A stretch of 64,000 bases of DNA from contig OX597834.1 of the NCBI GenBank assembly GCA_951406725.2, forward strand, positions 20,460,001 through 20,524,000. Direction: 5' to 3'. Shown piece after piece: positions 12,051-25,330 of the stretch. The position numbers were made by a program, and so were the translations under genes. The stretch's first letter is position 1, and each line of letters begins with the position of its first letter. This DNA is from Octopus vulgaris (lineage: Eukaryota). Below the pieces are notes generated by a model. That model was not told the origin of the DNA and made no database searches. It was given only the letters and a program-made list of their open reading frames with translations.

Positions 12051-12912
12051 CCTTTCCCTCCACTTATCCAAACACCAAAACCACCAATGACTTCCATAAT
12101 CACCACTTGCTCTCTCTCTCTCTCCTTTTCTCTCTTCTTTCTTTTCTCTTTCTCCCCATCTTATTCTCCTCTTTGTCTCTCTCACATCATTTCTCTCTCT
12201 TTCTCACTCCCCTATTCTCTCTCACTCTCTCTCTCTCACTTTCCCACACTCTCTCACTCTCTCTCTCACTTTCTTCTTTTCACTCTTCTTTCTCCCCATC
12301 TTACTTTCCTCTTTGTCTTTCTCACTTCATCTTTCCCCTTTTTCTTCTTTCTCTCTTCTTTCTCTTGCTTTCTTTCTCTCCCTCCCTCTTACTTTATCCC
12401 TACTTCTCTCCTTTCTTTTCTGTCTCTCTTCCTTTCTCTCTCTTTCTCACTTTACCTCCATCTCTCTTTTTCTCTCTTTCCTTCTCTCTTTTTCCTTCCC
12501 TTCTCTCTCACTTTCTCACACACACACACACACACAGAGTTACTGAAACCACTTCTGACCTACCAGCCAACCAGCCAGCCAGCTAGCCATTGACCCTGTA
12601 ACTCATGGAAGCATTAATCCAATTTATACATTTCACTTCAAACTTAGATTGAATTGTGTTTGATAAACTGTCTGTCTGTGTGTCAATGTGTCCAGCCAGT
12701 TAGTTGACATGTCTCTTACTGAATGAGTGCAGCTTTTGAACCTGGCTTTCATCTATTCACGGTGAAGGGGGGTGGGTTGTTGTTGTTTGGGTGATGAGCA
12801 TTCAAGGTTTGCCAGAAGTGTTAGAGTGTCAGACAAAATGCTTTGCTCTCTTTATTGCAGCTCTTTTGGCAGTCTGAGTTCAAATCTTGCCAAAGCCATC
12901 TTCACCTTATCG

Positions 12913-12943
<31 letters not shown>

Positions 12944-13004
12944 TAATATCATCATAATTTTCTTGATTGTAATTTATCGTCATGACAAATATCTACATTT
13001 TTGA

Positions 13005-13460
13005 TTTGCTATCATAACCACTTTTATAAATATGATCATAATTTTGTTTGTTGTTTATTATCATAACCTACATCACAGTTATCCTCATTTATGATCTGTC
13101 ATGAACTTCATCACAAATATCATCATAACCAACTGTCCTCGTGTATGATCTGTCATAAGCATCATCATAGATATTGTAACTTCATTTGCTATTCATTATT
13201 GTAACTAACAACACAGCTATCCTCATTTATGATGTGTCAAAAACATCATGTTAAATATTGTCATAACTTCATTTGTTTTTTATCAAAACCAATATCATAA
13301 CTGTCCTGGTTTATGATCTGCCATCGATATTATCATAGATATCATAACTTTGATTGTTATTTATTATCATAACTAACATCACTGTTAGTTATGATGTTAT
13401 TGTTAGCGATATCATAACCATCCATGAATTATGCTTTATCTTCATCATAAACATCATCCA
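13005..13460. repeat. Decayed minisatellite (ATCATAAC...TTATGATCTGTCAT motif)
   Basis: The motif TATGAT(C/G)TG recurs near 13090, 13145, 13229 and 13313, with shared flanks. Confidence 0.6.
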
Positions 13461-13631
13461 TTATATAATGCTATCCGTCCTTATATCTGGATCTTTCTCA
13501 GCTCTCTCTCTCTCTCACCTCTCTCTCTCTCTCACCTCTCTTTCTCTCACCTCTCTCTCTCTCACCTCTCTTTCTCTCTCACCTCTCTCTCTCTCTCTTT
13601 CTCACACATGTTCACACTCACACATGCACAA

Positions 13632-13672
<41 letters not shown>

Positions 13673-14504
13673 ATCTATTTTCTTTTGCGATGTTTTCTAT
13701 CCCTTCCTTTCCTGAACGATTTCATAATCTTCAACAGTTTGTCATTACTCAATCTCCAAGACAAAAAACCGATTCCATTCTTTAACATCCTCCCATGTGT
13801 ATTCCTCTCCAAAAGTTATTCTCCTCAAAGACATAAACACAAATAAACTTCGAGAAAATTCTTCCTTCATTTATTTCTTGCATGTGTGTCCCATCTGAAT
13901 GCCATTCCCACCATTTATCAAAATCGGTAGCTTGAGACAAAGGTTGAAAATGAGAATTCTACATAGATTAATTCTCTCAGCTTCCAAAACTCTACCGATT
14001 CCTTGTCAACAGAAAGCATTCTAAATCATTATATTGTTTCAATGGATCTTGGGATTTCTTCAAAATAATGAAATTTCTCTTTAATTTTTAATTTAATTTT
14101 ATTTATATATATTTTTTGGTATTGTTTCTACAAAGCCATTGTTTTTTGTTGTTGTTATGATTATTTAGTTATTTTTGATTATAAATTTTTGGGAATTTTT
14201 AAAGAATTTTGTCAAATTTATTCAAAGGCAAGAATAATGTATCATAATATATTCTCCACTGGAACAACACCAATACAAGATAAATGCTCTGGCATGGCTT
14301 GCAGAGAGAGAAACAGCCATAGATGCCACATTTAAATTCCATTCATCATATGGTGGTACTCCAGCATGGCCACAGCCTTAAGGCTGAAACTTGTAAAGGA
14401 ATAAAAGAACACCATTACATACTCCCTATAGAGAGCTGAGAGAGAGAGAGAGAGAGAGTAAAAGATATAGATGAAACTTTAATTTATGAATTTAATTTGT
14501 TCCT

Positions 14505-14790
14505 GAAGACTGTTCGTCACCCAAAATATTTGTAAACCAAAACTTGTTCCCATTAGAAATTCAGAAGAAGGTACAACGAATTTGAGCAAGGACATGCACC
14601 GAGTGAAAGATAGGCAGCAACTAGGTTCTCTCTTTGCTGATATTCCCAGCTTGCTGCCAACCATTTTCTCCACTTTGGGTGTTCATTACTCGAGACATCA
14701 TTTGTTACCTGAGACATTTTGTGTTCGAAAAATTGTTCGTTAACTGATCTGTTTGTGATGTGAGCTGTTTGTAAACCGAAGTTCTACTCT
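14505..14790. mobile_element. Tigger/pogo-like DNA transposon (MITE) remnant
   Basis: Repeated TGTTCGT/TTTGTAAACC subterminal motifs ending in GTAAACCGAAGTTCTACT, resembling the Tigger terminus CGAGGTTCCACTG. Confidence 0.45.
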
Positions 14791-15247
14791 GTGTGTGTAG
14801 CTGTATGTGAGTTAAGCAGTGTGTGTGTGTTAAGCAGTCAGCTTCCTAACCATTTGTTTTTAGGATCAATTCAACTGTGACGCCTTGGGCAAGTATCTTT
14901 TCTACTATAGTATCAAGTAGATCAAAGTTTTGTAAGAAATTTGACAGACGGAAACTGAAACAAGCCTATTGCACCTGTGTGTGTGTGTGTATTTGTCTCT
15001 TTGTCTTGGTGTCACACAGTGAGGTTGAGGACACTGCACTTTGTTTCCAGTCATTCTGGGAAAACAAATCCAGTCATGCAAAAATACTACCCTGCTCGAA
15101 ACAGCTGAGTGTTGGCAAATGAAAGGGTATCTGGACAGAAAATCCTCCTCAGCAAATTCCATCTCACTCATGTGCACCTTCCCACACATGCACACACACA
15201 CACATTATCATCATTATATATATGTATAATGTATATATATGTGTGTA

Positions 15248-15459
15248 TACTCTTTTGCTTGTTTCAGTCATTTGGCTGCAGCCATGCTGGAGCATTGCCT
15301 TTTAGTTGAATAAATCAACTCCAGGACTTATTCTTTGTAAGCCTAGTACTTATTCTATCGGTCTCTTTAGCAAAACTTCTAGGTTACAGGGATGTAAACA
15401 CACCAACATTGGTTATCAAGTGATGGTGGGGGAACAAACACAAACACCCAAATACATAC

Positions 15460-15521
<62 letters not shown>

Positions 15522-15662
15522 TCATCATCATCATCGTTTACCATCCGCTTTCCATGCTAGCATGGGTTGGATGATTTGACTGAGGTGTGGCGAGCCAGAT
15601 GGCTGCACCAATATATATATATATATATATATACATATATACATGATGGGCTTTTTTCAGAG
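15248..15662 (-). mobile_element. SINE family A interrupted in its internal (TA)n by an RTE tail (15520-15610)
   Basis: 3' half at 15248-15450, then TA tract, RTE tail, TA tract, then GATGGGCTTTTTTCAG continuing the SINE. Confidence 0.8.
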
Positions 15663-15914
15663 GTAATGTTATATACAAGCAGGAAGAATCCTTTCCGCTC
15701 CAAATACAATATAATCTTATCAAGTGCTGACATGCAAGGGTTACAAAGGAAGCGACAAGAGATGCCATCAATTAATGAGACTATTTCTCCACCTGTTGCC
15801 TCATTAAAGCACCATATCTTGGTAACCTGTTAGGTTCCAACATCTTGACAGCCTTTCTCATTTGATCTTCATTTCAAGTGTCTCCATATTTTTCAGCAGA
15901 TTTAATTTATGTAT

Positions 15915-16015
15915 TTATCTATTTATCATCATAATCATCATCATCATCATCATCATAATTATTGGTATAATCTTTATCATTATTATTAACTTTATTATTA
16001 AAAACATTATTATTA

Positions 16016-16069
<54 letters not shown>

Positions 16070-16128
16070 GTAGTAGTAGTAGTAGTAGTATCATCATCAT
16101 CATCATCATTTATTATTATTATTATTAT

Positions 16129-16167
<39 letters not shown>

Positions 16168-16259
16168 CATCATCATCATCATCATCATCATTTATTATTA
16201 TTATCTTTAGTATTATCATTATCATTATTTACTATTACCATTATTATTATCATCATCAT

Positions 16260-16311
<52 letters not shown>

Positions 16312-16325
16312 CATTATTATTATAA
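15915..16325. repeat. Compound (ATT)n/(AGT)n/(CAT)n microsatellite
   Basis: Directly visible. Confidence 0.95.
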
Positions 16326-17007
16326 ATTTGTGATAAAATTTAATTGCACACTTAAAATTATCTTAAGAAGAATTAACAAAAAAAAATTCCATAAACCATA
16401 AACAAAACACAAAAAAAAAAAGAATTAAAGAAAATAATTCATCAAACATTTTTAATGAGTTTTTCTAATTCTGTTAACAATAATTTTAAAAAATTTGATT
16501 TCGTTATTTATTTTTAGGGGTATTTTTTTTTCCAGCTTTCTTTTTAATACTTTTTTGTTACATTAAGCATAACACTTGTGAAAATTCTAAAAAATACTTC
16601 TGTTAGATGAATTTTTTCCAATTATCTTATTATGCTTCAGAACAAATATTAATTAGAAATAAACTTTCTTAATGAATTCCAAACATATCTTGTCGTGTTA
16701 AGGTGATTACAAAAATATTAAAAGCTCGACTTCTAAATGAAATCAGAATTAAGTTTTTATTGTTTATTTTTAAAACACTGGGAATTTGTTTTAAACCTTT
16801 CTGTTTATGAAACAACATAAAAAAAAACTGATGAAAATTCGTAAAATTTATACATTTTATCTTTTATCTTTTACTTGTTTTCGTCACTGGGCCCCATGTT
16901 GGGGCACTGTCTGCAAGGGTTTTAGTCAAAGAAATCAATCCCACTGTTTATTTTTTATTTTTTTAAATCTGGTATTTATTTTGTTAGTGTCTTTTACTTA
17001 ACCACTT

Positions 17008-17407
17008 TACTCTTTTACTTGTTTCAGTCATTTGACTTTGGCCATGCTGGAGCACCACCTTTAGTCAAGCAAATCGACCCCAGGACTTATTCTTTATAAG
17101 CCTAGTACTTATTCTATCAGTCTCTTTTGCCGAACCACTAAGTTACAGGGACACAAACACATCACCATCGGTTGTCAAGCGATATGGGTGAGGACAAACA
17201 CAAACTTATACACACACACATACACACATATATATACATATTTACAATGGGCTTCTTTCAGTTTCCGTGTACAAAATCCACTCGCAAGGCTTTGGTCGGC
17301 CTGAGACTATAGTAGAAGACACTTGCCCAGGGTGCCACACTGTGGGAATGAACTCAGAACCATGTGGTTGGTAAGCAAGCTACTTACCACACAGCCACTC
17401 CTGCGCC
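17008..17407 (-). mobile_element. SINE family A, full length
   Basis: Reverse complement of 9304-9718. Confidence 0.92.
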
Positions 17408-17634
17408 TTTGTTACAGGATAGATCACTATAATCATTATTATCAGGCTGAGCACAACATTTCATCGGTCTTTAAATTCAGAGTTCATATCTTGCCAAGGT
17501 CAACTTCGGTTTTTGTTCAGGGTCAACAAAATAATTATCTGCTGAACACTGGCATTCATGTAATTGATGTAAATCCCCCCTACCAAATTTTGCTGGCCTT
17601 GTGCCAAAATTTGAAACCATTATTATCAGTTTGG

Positions 17635-18140
17635 TGGAGGTGCAATGGCTTAGTGGTTAAGGTGTTGGACTCACGCTCATAAGGATACTGAGCAATGCAT
17701 TGTGTTCTTGAGCAAAACATTTATTTTTCTAATACAGTTCTATATTAAGAGTGCAGGCTACTAACCCCAAGATTCCAAGTTCAATTCCAAGCAGTGACCT
17801 GAATAATACTAATAATGATAATAATAATAATAATCATAATAATAATAATGATAATGATAATAATAATAATAATGATAATAATAACATTGAAAAATACCTT
17901 AGGAATGAGAACTCTTGTTCGAAATTTCCCCAAGACACCTGATGAAGGCTGGAGGGTATATCAGCTGAAATGTTGTGTTAACAACAAACAAGATGAGGAC
18001 AAATCAAATGTAAATAATGTATTTCATTTAATGTTGCTCCTGTCCACTCAGCTGGCAAAAGTGAGTAAATGCTGTGAAGGATTGTTGTCCTGTCCGGGTG
18101 GGGAATATATATGCCATGGGAACTGAGAAACTGGCCCTTA
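17635..18140 (+). mobile_element. SINE family C (tRNA head TGGCTTAGTGGTTAAGG), split by the H3 insertion
   Basis: Head at 17635-17725; continuation GTTGCTCCTGTCCACTCAGCTGGCAAAA at about 18032. Confidence 0.7.
17733..18024 (+). mobile_element. tRNA-like-head + hammerhead element (family H3) with 5' inverted tail
   Basis: 17733-17750 is the reverse complement of the family 3' end (9213-9231). Hammerhead GACAC-CUGAUGA...CAGCU-GAAA-UGUU-GUGUU at 17934-17979. Confidence 0.78.
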
Positions 18141-18266
18141 TGAGTCTATTACGAGTCAAGAAGGAACTTGATTTTATTATCAGGTTGAACAACAAGCCAA
18201 ATAACATTGGATGTGAAGCAGTAGGTGGGCTGTTGGTAAACACAGACACAAAAATGCACTCACACA

Positions 18267-18510
18267 TCATCATCATCCTCATTTAACATCTATTCACCAT
18301 GCTGGCATGGGTTGGATGGTTTCCACAGGAGCTGGCCAGTTAGAGAGCTGCTGAGGCTCTATTTGTCTGCTGTGGCATGGGTTTCTATGGCTGGATGCCC
18401 TTCTTAATGCCAACCACTTTACAGAGTGTAATGGGTGCTTTTAAGCAGCATCTGCATGAACCCTTCTACGTAACTCCATCATGGGTGCCTTTTATGTAGC
18501 ACTGGCACCA
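18267..18510 (-). mobile_element. RTE LINE 3' tail, diverged
   Basis: CCATGCTGGCATGGGTTGG...GGATGCCCTTCTTAATGCCAACCAC. Confidence 0.8.
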
Positions 18511-19605
18511 ACAGGCCCACAAGATTAGGGACACTCAGCTGAAGTGGGATGCAGGGGACATGCTTACACGCAAGGACAACCACGATTTCACTTAGCTTGA
18601 TGTGTCATTTCAAGCACAGCAAACTATGTGAAATCTCGGACCCCTATCAGAGACATATATGCATAGCATCACCATTCCTTATTCCTTCAATGACCCCTTT
18701 TCCATGCTTCCATGGTTGAGATGGAGTTTATTTACTCTTTACTCTTTTACTTGTTTCAGTCATTTGACTGCGGCCATGCTGGAGCACCGCCTTTAATCGA
18801 GCAACTCGACCCCGGGACTTATTCTTTTGTAAACCCAGTACTTATTCTATTGTGGCAGATTTTCTATGACCAGATGTACTTCTTCCTGTTGCTAACACTC
18901 ACTTGTTTACAATCCACTCTTGCCATTTTTGAATAATATTTTTCCTTTTTTTTTTTCCCATTTATTTTTCTGCTGCTAATGATAATGTTAAGCATGCTCA
19001 GGGGTAGGAGGGCAATGATAATGGAAAGCTTGCTAAGGGGTTGGAGGGTGTGTCGTGTAATGACAAAGTAACGAGTGACTGAGAAAGGAGAATCACAAAA
19101 AGCAAATTTTTTTGAAATTTTGAAAAAATTCTTTGTTTTGTATGAGGAGGGAAAAAGATGAAAAGAAAAGACAAATGGAGAATAAGACATAAACGGGTAA
19201 AATTAGAAATTTGCACCAAACATCTCTAATTTTAGCCTTAGCTTTTTTTTTACCATTTTTGTATTCTTTTATGCTGCTGTTTTTTTAAATCTCGTTTTAC
19301 ACTTGTCATTTCATTATACACACACACACACACACACACAGAGTCATATGTGCATGTGTATATATGTGTGTGTATAGAAAGAAGAAGAAAGGGTTGAAAA
19401 TACACTAATTTAATAGGCATATGTATATAAGTAGGTGTGAAACTGTGCATTAGCAATTGGTTGGTAACCGATGAAGAATTAGGGACCTTCTGTGTTTGTC
19501 TCTTGTCTTGTTTTACACTCAGTATACATTATGTTGTATGTTTATTTACCATATATTTTATCGTTTATTAAGTAATGGGACGCAACGCACACCAAATTTG
19601 TATTA

Positions 19606-19652
<47 letters not shown>

Positions 19653-19953
19653 TATATATGTGTGTATGTATATGTGTGTGTGTGTGTGTGTATGTACATC
19701 TCTCTCTGTATATATTTCTGTATATATACATGTGTTCGTGTGTGTAATTTACATCGTTTTTATAAAAAAAAATAGATGTTTTCGTCAAAGTTTCAGCTTA
19801 GATGTCTTCCTCAAAGGGTGTAATGAAGGTAACTAAGTTGCAAATTCTAAGTTACTGCCAGCCTTTTCTTTGTAAAAACAAAATGAATATCTTACTCTTC
19901 TGTAAGGTATTAAATGATGCATTCATTTAATGCTTAACTATATTTATTTATGA

Positions 19954-20002
<49 letters not shown>

Positions 20003-20504
20003 AACAAAATAAAAGTGGAGAATTTAATCAGCTTATGCACGTTTTGGATACACTGGTGTTACATTATTCTGCAATTATTTATTATGTATATCAGTCAATC
20101 AATCACTATTTGATCAACTAGGATTCTACAAAGATTGAAGAACTAGTAATAACATGTCCATCTCAAAGCTTCACCAGACCTTTTATAAAAGCTTGTGCAT
20201 GTCTTTCCTTGAGTACGTACCTGCATTTGCACAAATATGCAGTTCTCAAGTAAACTCACCGAAGCATTACATTTTTATTCATACAAGCAAGCTGTCACGT
20301 ACATATGCCCTCACGTCTCATGTGTACATTTATAAAGCAATGGCTTTTGTTTGCTTTCTTTACAATGCAACTCCACATTCTAAATGCACATACACGTACA
20401 CACATCACACCTCATCCACATGCACACACAAATCATCGTTATTGATCCCATGTCTACTTTTTCCATACAGGCATGGGTTGGATGAGAATTGCTAAAGTAG
20501 TTTT

Positions 20505-20894
20505 GCAGACACCCATAAAATTATTAACCATCTTACAAACAATAACTCTGAGCACCTTTTCAAACTCCACCCGTCTAACACCCATGGACATATTTACAAA
20601 GTCAGAAAACAGCACAGCTCCCATGACTTCAGGAAACATTTTTTCACGCTGCGAGTTGCTGAAGCATGGAACAAACTGCCGGCATCAGTCGTTAGTTGTC
20701 GGAGCACTGCATCCTTCAAAACTTCCATGCTTTCTGAGATTCGCCAGCACTACACCTGATTTTCTTCCATACACACACAAGCATGTATCTGACTCATACA
20801 TTGTTCGCTTTCCAGACATTTCTACATTACTGCATACACTTTATACGCACTTTCTGACAAGCTGTGGTGCACCTGAGCACTGTATACAATAATT

Positions 20895-20930
<36 letters not shown>
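20505..20930 (+). mobile_element. CR1-clade LINE 3' end (ORF2 C-terminus 20505-20759, 3' UTR, (ATT)n tail), nested in an RTE tail
   Basis: Translates ADTHKIINHL...NTHGHIYKVRKQ...FRKHFFTLRVAEAWNKLPASVVSCRSTASFK*, the typical CR1 TRGH...FF..RV...WN.LP...FK motif. Confidence 0.85.
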
Positions 20931-20932
<2 letters not shown>

Positions 20933-21099
20933 TTATATCTGGATGCCCTTTCCGCTGCAAACCCTTCTATGTTTCTTATTAAGCTGTCTTTTACCCTCAT
21001 CTGTAGCACAGTGAACTAATCATATGGCTGAGTATATCTTATGTGACATACACAAACAATAACACCACTGTCAGTGCAGTGTCATTATTTTTACACTAT

Positions 21100-21450
21100 G
21101 GTGGCAAGCTGGCACAATTGTTAGCACGCCAGGCAAAATACTTTGTGGCATTTCAGCCATCTTAATGTTCTGAGTTCAAATTCCGCTGAGTTCACCTTTG
21201 CCTTTCATCCATTCAGAGTCAAGAAATTAAGTACCATTCAAGTACTGGGGTCAATCTAATAAAAGGCACACACACACACACATACACACGATGGGCTTCT
21301 TTCAGTTTCCGTCTACCAAATCCACTCACAAGGCTTTGGTTGGCACAAGTTTATAGTAGAAGACACTTGCCCAAGGGTCCAGGCAGTGGAACTGAACCCC
21401 GAACCATGTGCTTGGGAAGTAAGCTTCTTACCACACAGCCACACCTGCAC
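21100..21450. mobile_element. SINE B (+, 21100-21260) followed by SINE A 5' half (-, 21290-21450)
   Basis: Family motifs as above. Confidence 0.8.
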
Positions 21451-22178
21451 TTATATATACATATATGTATGTATGTGTGTGTGTGTGTTTATTTGTGCGT
21501 ATAAATGCTTGCATATATCTTTATATGTGTAGTTGTGTGTATGAGTACAAGTGTATATCTGTGTATGAATATTTGTGTGTATACGTTCATGCTTATATCT
21601 GTGTGTGTGTGTGTGTATGTGCGTGGATATATAGTTGTTTGTATACATTCTTTTATTTTTTTTACTTGTTTCAGTCATTTGACTGTAGCCATGCTGGAGC
21701 ACCACCTTGGCATTTGTGTGTTCACTACTTTTTTCATTTCTTCAAAGGAGGTGCTGGTTCTGTTCTCACTCCTGCAACACATCTTCTCGCATTATATATC
21801 GTTCTCACCTGCACCCTACCCACACCATACAGAAATACAAACCATTGCCATCCTTCGCCCCCCCCCCCACAACCACTATGGAACCAGACCCACCACCACC
21901 ACCACCATCACACCTAACCATATATTTTTTTCTCAGTTTTTGTTCCAAATTCTTGGAATCTTTTGAGAAATGCAAGGACAGTGAGAAGAAGTCACCAGGA
22001 GTTAATTTAATATTTCGGTTTCTTCAAAAAATAAATTCAATTTGACAATTTCTATGGAATTATTTTGCAATATTTTGACTTTTAGACAAACAGACAGACT
22101 GGGTGGGGGTGGGAACGAAGCTGAGGGTGGGGGGAGTGACATGATGTAATGGGACATGATGTTCACCGCTGTTGTTTG

Positions 22179-22209
<31 letters not shown>

Positions 22210-22479
22210 GTATGCATGGGTGTATGTATATGTGAATGCATGTATGTATGTGTGTATCTATGTATATATGCTTATATGCATGAATGCAACTATGAATGTG
22301 AGTATATATATGTGTGTATGTGTGTGTGTGTGTATGTATTTAAGTTTATATGCATGAATGCAGCTATGAATGTAAGTATATGTGTGTGAGTGTGTGTTTG
22401 TGTGTGTATTCCTATATGAATGTATGTTTGTGTATAAGAATGTACGTATGTTTATATGCATGTATCCATGCATATAAAT

Positions 22480-22704
22480 GAGCTGGCAGAAACGTTAGAA
22501 CACCGGGTGAAATGCGTAGCCGTATTTCGTCTGCCGTTACGTTCTGAGTTCAAATTCCGCCGAGGTCGACTTTGCCTTTCATCCTTTCGTGGTTGATAAA
22601 TTAAGCACCAGTTACGCACTGGGGTCTATATAATCGACTTAATCCGTTTGTCTGTCCTTGTTTGTCCCCTCTATGTTTAACCCCTTGTGGGTAGTAAAGA
22701 AATA
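22480..22704 (+). mobile_element. SINE family B, near full length, young
   Basis: GAGCTGGCAGAAACGTTAG...GAGTTCAAATTCCGCCGAGGTCGACTTTGCCTTTCATCCTTTCG...GTAAAGAAAT; central block resembles the Meta-type SINE domain (inference). Confidence 0.92.
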
Positions 22705-23419
22705 TACATGCATGTATCCATATGTGCATGTATGTGTGTATATATATATGGCTGTGAGCATTAAAATGAAGATGACAAAGATGACAATGATGTGGTATAT
22801 AAAAGTTTCTTACCTGCAAAGTAGATGAAGGTCTGTGAGAGGACGACCACTGTCACTGCCATTGTTGTCTTATGATCTACCTTGCCATGCTGGCACGGGT
22901 TAAATGAAATTTGTTGAGACAGATTTTCTACAACTGAACGCTCTTCTTGTCCCCAATCTTCATCTGCTTTCTAGCAAAGTAATATTTCATATAGTCCTGC
23001 AAATACAAACAGCACAATGACCTGACATGTTTTTGTGGATGATTGCAAAAACAGAAACTCACTGCTTGCAAAAATATGATGCTCATCTATAGCTGTCATG
23101 CAATATCAAGACAAGGCAACATAGGTGCGTGTACACACACACACACAAAGACACACACACACACACACATACACACACACACAAGTATGTAGAATCGTGC
23201 AGGTTACGTGGTGACCTCGCTAGTGCCCATGTCACAGAAACAATACCCGGTGCACCATGTAAAGTGGTTGGCATTAGGAATGGTTTTTAGTCATAGAAAT
23301 CATGCCAAAGATAACATTGGGGCCTGATACAGCATTGCAACTTGCTAGATTATGTCAAACCGTCCAACCCATACCAGCATGGAAAATGGATGTTGAATTA
23401 TTATGTGTGTGTGTGTGTG

Positions 23420-23742
23420 TGTGTGTGTGTTTGTGTGTCTGTGTTTGTCCCCACCAACATCGCTTGACAACCAATGGTGGTGTGTTTACGTCCCCATCAC
23501 TTAGTGGTTTGGCAAAAGAGACCGATAGAATAAGTACTAGGCTTACAAAGAATAAGTCTCCACCAACATCGCTTGACAACCGATGTTGGTGTGTTCACGT
23601 TCCCATAACTTAGCAGTTCAGCAAAAGAGACTGATAGAATAATTACTAGACTTACAAAGAATAAGTCCTGAGGTCGATTTGTTCGACTAAAGGTGGTGCT
23701 CCAGTATGGCCACAGTCAAATGACTGAAACAAGTAAAAGAAT
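23420..23742 (+). mobile_element. SINE family A 3' half with internal tandem duplication
   Basis: CCACCAACATCGCTTGACAACC...TACAAAGAATAAGTC occurs twice (about 23450-23558 and 23560-23668). Confidence 0.85.
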
Positions 23743-24648
23743 ATGTGTGTATTTGTACCTTCTGTATTTAATCAGTTAAATTTTTCTTCTGAAGAAGCTG
23801 GTCTCTAACAAAGATACAAAACTCCATCGTTTGGTATGTAGATAACAGAAACAATATCACATTCCAAACCTGAGAAAAGTCTTGCATATTTTTACTGTTC
23901 TGCTTACAGATTATATTCGTAATGTACAAATCAGTGCTTGGGTGCGTGCGTGCATGTGTATGTATGTATACGATAGGTTTATTTCAGTTTTTGTTTGCTG
24001 TATCCTCTCCCAAGGTTTTGGTCAGCCCACAGATACAGTAAAAGACCCTTGCCCAATACATCATGCCATGGGATCGAACCTCAAAATCCATGGTAGCTGA
24101 GAAGCAAACTTAACTGCAGATTCATGTTTGTGCATCCGGCCGTAAAAAATCCTTCTTCATAATCAATTCCCATCCAAGTCATGCCAGCATGGAAAAACTA
24201 ATGCTAAACGAACCAAATAATGTGTGTGTGTGTGTGTGTGTGTGTGCACGGGCATGAGTGTATGTTGTCTGTACATGTGTGTTTGTGTGTGGCATGTGAT
24301 GGGTGTATATGTATATGTGCATGCACATGTGTGTGTGTGTGTGTTTGTTATTGTTTCCCTGAGTTGCATTTTTTTTTTGTTTCTTTTCCAGTAATTATTA
24401 TTCTAAACACACAATTCACAATTTTCAACACCAATTTTCTGTATAAATCTCCATTTTTTTTTTTTCTTAATTTTTCTTTATTTAAATTTCAAAACTTAGC
24501 AGAAAAAAACAAACAAATAAACAGCAAAAGAAAATTCCTTTTATATTTTTATTTGTTTTCCTTCCATATTTATCATTCTTTGTTATTGTTGTTGACATTC
24601 ATCATCATCATCATCTTTCTCCTCTTCTGGCTCATTTTCATCATTACA

Positions 24649-24687
<39 letters not shown>

Positions 24688-25142
24688 GCTATTTTCATTA
24701 GCTTTTTCATTATCCTCCTTCTCAACTTCACCCCGTCACCTTCATCACTATCATCATCATCATCATTACCATTATCATCATCATCATCATCATCATTATC
24801 ATCATCATCATCACCGCCATCATCATCATCATCATTGCCATCAACATCATCATGATAGTGTTTGCTTTCATCTTTATTATCAATGGCAGATGCCTACCAC
24901 CTTGTGGTAATTTTGCAGAAGGTAGGCAATCCAGAATCAGTGGAGGCCCTAGGTTGCCCCTGGCTCGTTTCTCTCCCCACTAATAACAGAATAATTTTGT
25001 TATCAATTTTCTTGTTAATTATTATCGTTTACACACGTATATGTAAATCCTGACTGCCCTTTGCTTATGTATTGTCCTAAATCATTTCACAGTCCTTGTG
25101 GCCAATAAAGAAAGTATTTCCATTATTGGGTTGTAGAAAGAT

Positions 25143-25330
25143 AGCGAGCTGGCAGAATCGTTAGCACACCGGGCATAATGCTTGGTGGTATTTCGTCTGT
25201 CTTCGTGCTCTGAGTTCAAATTCCACCGAGGTCGACTTTGCCTTTCATCCTTTGTGGGGGTCGATAAAAATGTACCAATTGAATACTGGGAGCCATTGCA
25301 ACCAACATACCTACTCTCTGAAATTGCTAG
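25143..25330 (+). mobile_element. SINE family B
   Basis: GCGAGCTGGCAGAATCGTTAGCACACCGGG... Confidence 0.85.
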
